DNA of 64,000 nucleotides. It comes from an uncultured Collinsella sp. Lineage in GTDB: Bacteria > Actinomycetota > Coriobacteriia > Coriobacteriales > Coriobacteriaceae. This document shows positions 61,724-64,000 of the stretch, one piece after another; the stretch's first letter is position 1, and each line of letters begins with the position of its first letter. The position numbers were made by a program, and so were the translations under genes. The stretch lies in contig UQXB01000002.1 of assembly GCA_900544935.1 (NCBI GenBank), positions 4,110 to 68,109 on the forward strand, given 5' to 3'. The notes beneath the pieces are model-generated. The model was given only the letters and a program-made list of their open reading frames with translations. It searched no databases and was not told the origin of the DNA.

Positions 61724-61761
61724 GGCCCCTCTCTTTTGGCGAATCTTGGGGCTTTAGTATG

Positions 61762-61805
61762 ACACCTAGGTTTACAGCTGACAAGACAGCTGTAAACCTA
61801 GGTGT
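61762..61805. promoter_or_regulatory. 44-nt perfect palindrome upstream of nadA (candidate NiaR operator)
   Basis: ACACCTAGGTTTACAGCTGACAAGACAGCTGTAAACCTAGGTGT at about 40 nt upstream of the nadA start. Confidence 0.4.
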
Positions 61806-62012
61806 AAAGTTGAAATAAAGATTCAATCATGCGGCAGGTCCATTTTCGAACTGGCAAGCTGAGGATAGTCGAGCCTTCGATAGCGCAGGAGGCATCTTTC
61901 GCCACCGCAATACCACTCGGCGCGAGTTGCGCACCGTGGGGCGCAAACGGGGTGTTCCTCCGCGGGCGGCGCGCACCCAATGTGGCAAAATCGAACTACT
62001 AGGGGGGCCCGA

Positions 62013-62735
62013 ATGCTCAAGATTATCGCCTGCGACGACGACGTCGCTTTTCTAGATAGACTGCACCGGATGATCGACCGCTGGTCGACCGAGACGGGTA
62101 CGGCAGTCGACGTTGCGCTTGTCACGCGCGGCGAGGACTTGCTGGCCCGCCATGCTGCATCGCGTGCCGACATCATTCTGCTCGACATGATCATGCCGCT
62201 CGTCAACGGCATGGACACCGCGCGGGAGCTGCGCCAATCCGACACCGCCGTGCGACTGGTGTTCCTCACCTCATCGCCCGAGTTCGCGCTGGAGTCCTAC
62301 GAGGTCCGCGCCTTCGACTACCTGCTCAAGCCCGTAGCGTACGAACGCCTGGCGCAACTGCTCGACGAGCTTTTGAGCATGCGACCCGCCGCGACCGATG
62401 AGCTCGTGACCAAAACGTCCTTTGGCTACCATGCCCTGCGCCTGTCCGATATCGAATACGCCGAGGCCCGCAACAAGCACGTGGTATTCCACCTGCGTGA
62501 CGGGCGCGATATCGAGGCGCTCGAGCCGTTCCGCAACATCGAGGACCAGCTAGCCAAAAACGCGAGCTTCTTCAAATGCCACCGCAGCTACCAGGTCAAC
62601 CTGCGCAATATCGACCACTTCAACCGCACGGATATCGTCATGCGCTCGGGCGCTTGCATCCCGCTGGCGCGCAGCTGCAAGCAGGGTTTCCAGGATGCCT
62701 ACTTTGCGGCACGGTTCGAGGGCGGGAGGCGCTGA
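62013..62735 (+). CDS. LytTR-family two-component response regulator
   Basis: Receiver domain (IIACDDD…ILLDMIMP…). C-terminal LytTR DNA-binding domain (…FFKCHRSYQVNLRNI…). Confidence 0.8.
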   Translation: MLKIIACDDDVAFLDRLHRMIDRWSTETGTAVDVALVTRGEDLLARHAASRADIILLDMIMPLVNGMDTARELRQSDTAVRLVFLTSSPEFALESYEVRAFDYLLKPVAYERLAQLLDELLSMRPAATDELVTKTSFGYHALRLSDIEYAEARNKHVVFHLRDGRDIEALEPFRNIEDQLAKNASFFKCHRSYQVNLRNIDHFNRTDIVMRSGACIPLARSCKQGFQDAYFAARFEGGRR

Positions 62736-64000
62736 TGCTCCCTGCGGTCGAGATGTTACTTTGGGCAATCCACCACGCAACGACCCTGCTTTTTGGCGTT
62801 TTTGCCTCGGCGGCGCTCTGCGGTATCGAGATCAACCGGCGTCATGCGCTTGAGCTGGTGATGGTCGGCGCCGTAACCGGATGCGCATTCAGCCTCGCCA
62901 ATGCCGTCGGCGGCGAGCTTTTCGCCCGCCAGGCATATCCACTCGTCGTGCATTTGCCGCTCGTCATCTATCTGTGCGCGCGCTATTGCCTGAGCCCGCT
63001 GCTCGTTATGCTGGGCGTTACCAGTGCCTACCTGAGCTGCCAGTTCAGCAACTGGATGGGCATCGCCGCGCTCGCCGCCACCGACTCGCAAATCGCGTAC
63101 TACGTGGCACGCATTATCACCACGGCCGTCGTCTTTGCGATCCTGCTGCATTGGGCCAGCGACATCGGTCCGCGCCTGGCGGTCAAAACCCCCACCGAGC
63201 TCGAAATTCTGCTCATCCTGCCGCTCGTCTACTACATCTTTGACTACGCCACCAACGTCTACACCACGCTGTTCCACTCGGGCTCGGTGGTAACGGTTGA
63301 GTTTTTGGCATTTGCGCTCTGTGCCTTCTATCTTATGTTTCTCGCCGTTTACCTGCGCGAATACGAAGAAAAGGAAACCGCCGAGCGAGAGCGCTGGATG
63401 CTCGAAACCCGCGACAGCGTCGCCATCAAAGAGCTCGAGGCTTGGCGTCAATCTGGGCGCGAGCTGTCGATTCTTCGCCACGACATGCGCCACTTCCTAC
63501 GCGGCCTGGCCGCTTTAATTGAGGAAGGCCACACCGACGAGGCGCTCGATCGCATCGACGAACTCTGCGAAGCCGGCGACCGCACCGCCGTACGCCGCTT
63601 CTGCGCCAACGAGACGGTAAACATTGCGCTTTCGTCATTTAACTCGGAAATCAACAGAAACGGCATTACCGCCAACCTGCGCGCCGCCGTACCCGAAACC
63701 ATCCACGTAGGTGACGCCGACCTGTTTAGCGTGCTCTCAAATGCCTTGGAAAACGCTATCACCGCCGCAAGCGCCGCACCCCAAGGAAAGCGATTCGTCG
63801 ACTTTGACCTGCGATTAGAGGACGGCCAGCTGCTGCTGTTAGTTTCCAACACGTTTGACCGCGCGCCGCGCATGGTCGACGGCATGCCCGTGACCCGGCA
63901 TGCGGGCCACGGCTTTGGCACCAGGAGCATCAAACTTGCCGTGGAGCGCATGAACGGCAACTGTCAGTTCCGCATTAACGGCGATCGGTTTGAGCTGCGC
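62735..64000 (+). CDS. GHKL sensor histidine kinase, AgrC/LytS-like polytopic N-domain (3' end beyond window)
   Basis: Start overlaps the response-regulator stop. Six to seven TM helices. H-box LSILRHDMRHFL. HATPase_c region NALENAI…GHGFGTRSI. No stop before the window end. Confidence 0.75.
   Translation, partial: MLPAVEMLLWAIHHATTLLFGVFASAALCGIEINRRHALELVMVGAVTGCAFSLANAVGGELFARQAYPLVVHLPLVIYLCARYCLSPLLVMLGVTSAYLSCQFSNWMGIAALAATDSQIAYYVARIITTAVVFAILLHWASDIGPRLAVKTPTELEILLILPLVYYIFDYATNVYTTLFHSGSVVTVEFLAFALCAFYLMFLAVYLREYEEKETAERERWMLETRDSVAIKELEAWRQSGRELSILRHDMRHFLRGLAALIEEGHTDEALDRIDELCEAGDRTAVRRFCANETVNIALSSFNSEINRNGITANLRAAVPETIHVGDADLFSVLSNALENAITAASAAPQGKRFVDFDLRLEDGQLLLLVSNTFDRAPRMVDGMPVTRHAGHGFGTRSIKLAVERMNGNCQFRINGDRFELR

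Overview
This is a high-GC actinobacterial chromosome segment. The gene content (mannose-type PTS, LAxTG sortase signal, frl-like locus, NiaR regulator) suggests a Coriobacteriia-like gut anaerobe, which I hold at low confidence because no search could be run. Coding density is high on both strands.

Host backbone, left to right:
- The N-terminal part of dnaX.
- A conserved cell-division and cell-wall Ser/Thr signalling cluster with an unusual layout. An extra kinase with a polytopic C-terminal domain sits upstream of fhaA. This is followed by fhaA, fhaB, a pstP PP2C phosphatase, a single 956-aa RodA–PbpA (SEDS + class B PBP) fusion ORF, and a PASTA kinase pknB.
- A minus-strand locus for fructosamine (Amadori-product) use, frl-like: a GntR regulator, a YfcC/DcuC-type transporter, an amidohydrolase, a TIM-barrel isomerase, a SIS deglycase-like protein and a PfkB kinase.
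- A decaying stretch: about 1.1 kb with no convincing genes, then an iron-containing alcohol dehydrogenase broken by two frameshifts.

The most interesting feature is a roughly 13.4-kb integrative mobilizable element at 21346–34755, inserted at a tRNA-Arg(CCT) gene. It is bounded by a 46-bp direct repeat, which is a partial copy of the tRNA 3' end. It carries:
- a tyrosine integrase, an excisionase-like HTH protein and a winged-HTH protein;
- a coiled-coil protein;
- an operon of three paralogous metallophosphoesterases whose stop and start codons overlap (ATGA);
- an unannotated 41-aa hydrophobic peptide with a strong ribosome-binding site, a candidate type I toxin;
- a MobC accessory protein plus relaxase pair, with an oriT-like hairpin upstream;
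- a Ser/Lys-rich lipoprotein;
- a 1099-aa LAQTG-anchored coiled-coil surface protein with an embedded CAP/SCP/PR-1-like domain;
- an XRE regulator;
- four CAAAATGG arm-type repeats next to attR.

Downstream host genes:
- a mannose-family PTS operon (manX, manY, manZ and a DUF956 protein);
- an orphan hypA next to a 925-aa flavin/Fe-S oxidoreductase;
- a TetR regulator with nested palindromic operators, and a Trp-rich membrane protein;
- clpB;
- a small cassette-like gene flanked by inverted hairpins and preceded by four 20-bp repeats;
- an aconitase-family hydratase;
- the hspR–dnaJ–grpE–dnaK operon;
- a small ferredoxin;
- nadA–nadB–nadC–niaR;
- a LytTR response regulator and a GHKL sensor kinase that runs off the window end.

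Two regulatory and repeat observations stand out:
- dnaK and clpB share a 27-nt inverted-repeat motif upstream that matches neither HAIR nor CIRCE.
- A family of intergenic long palindromes has conserved terminal arms of the form AAGTTGCGGTG[G/A]AATAG; copy 3 begins CAGTTGCGG.
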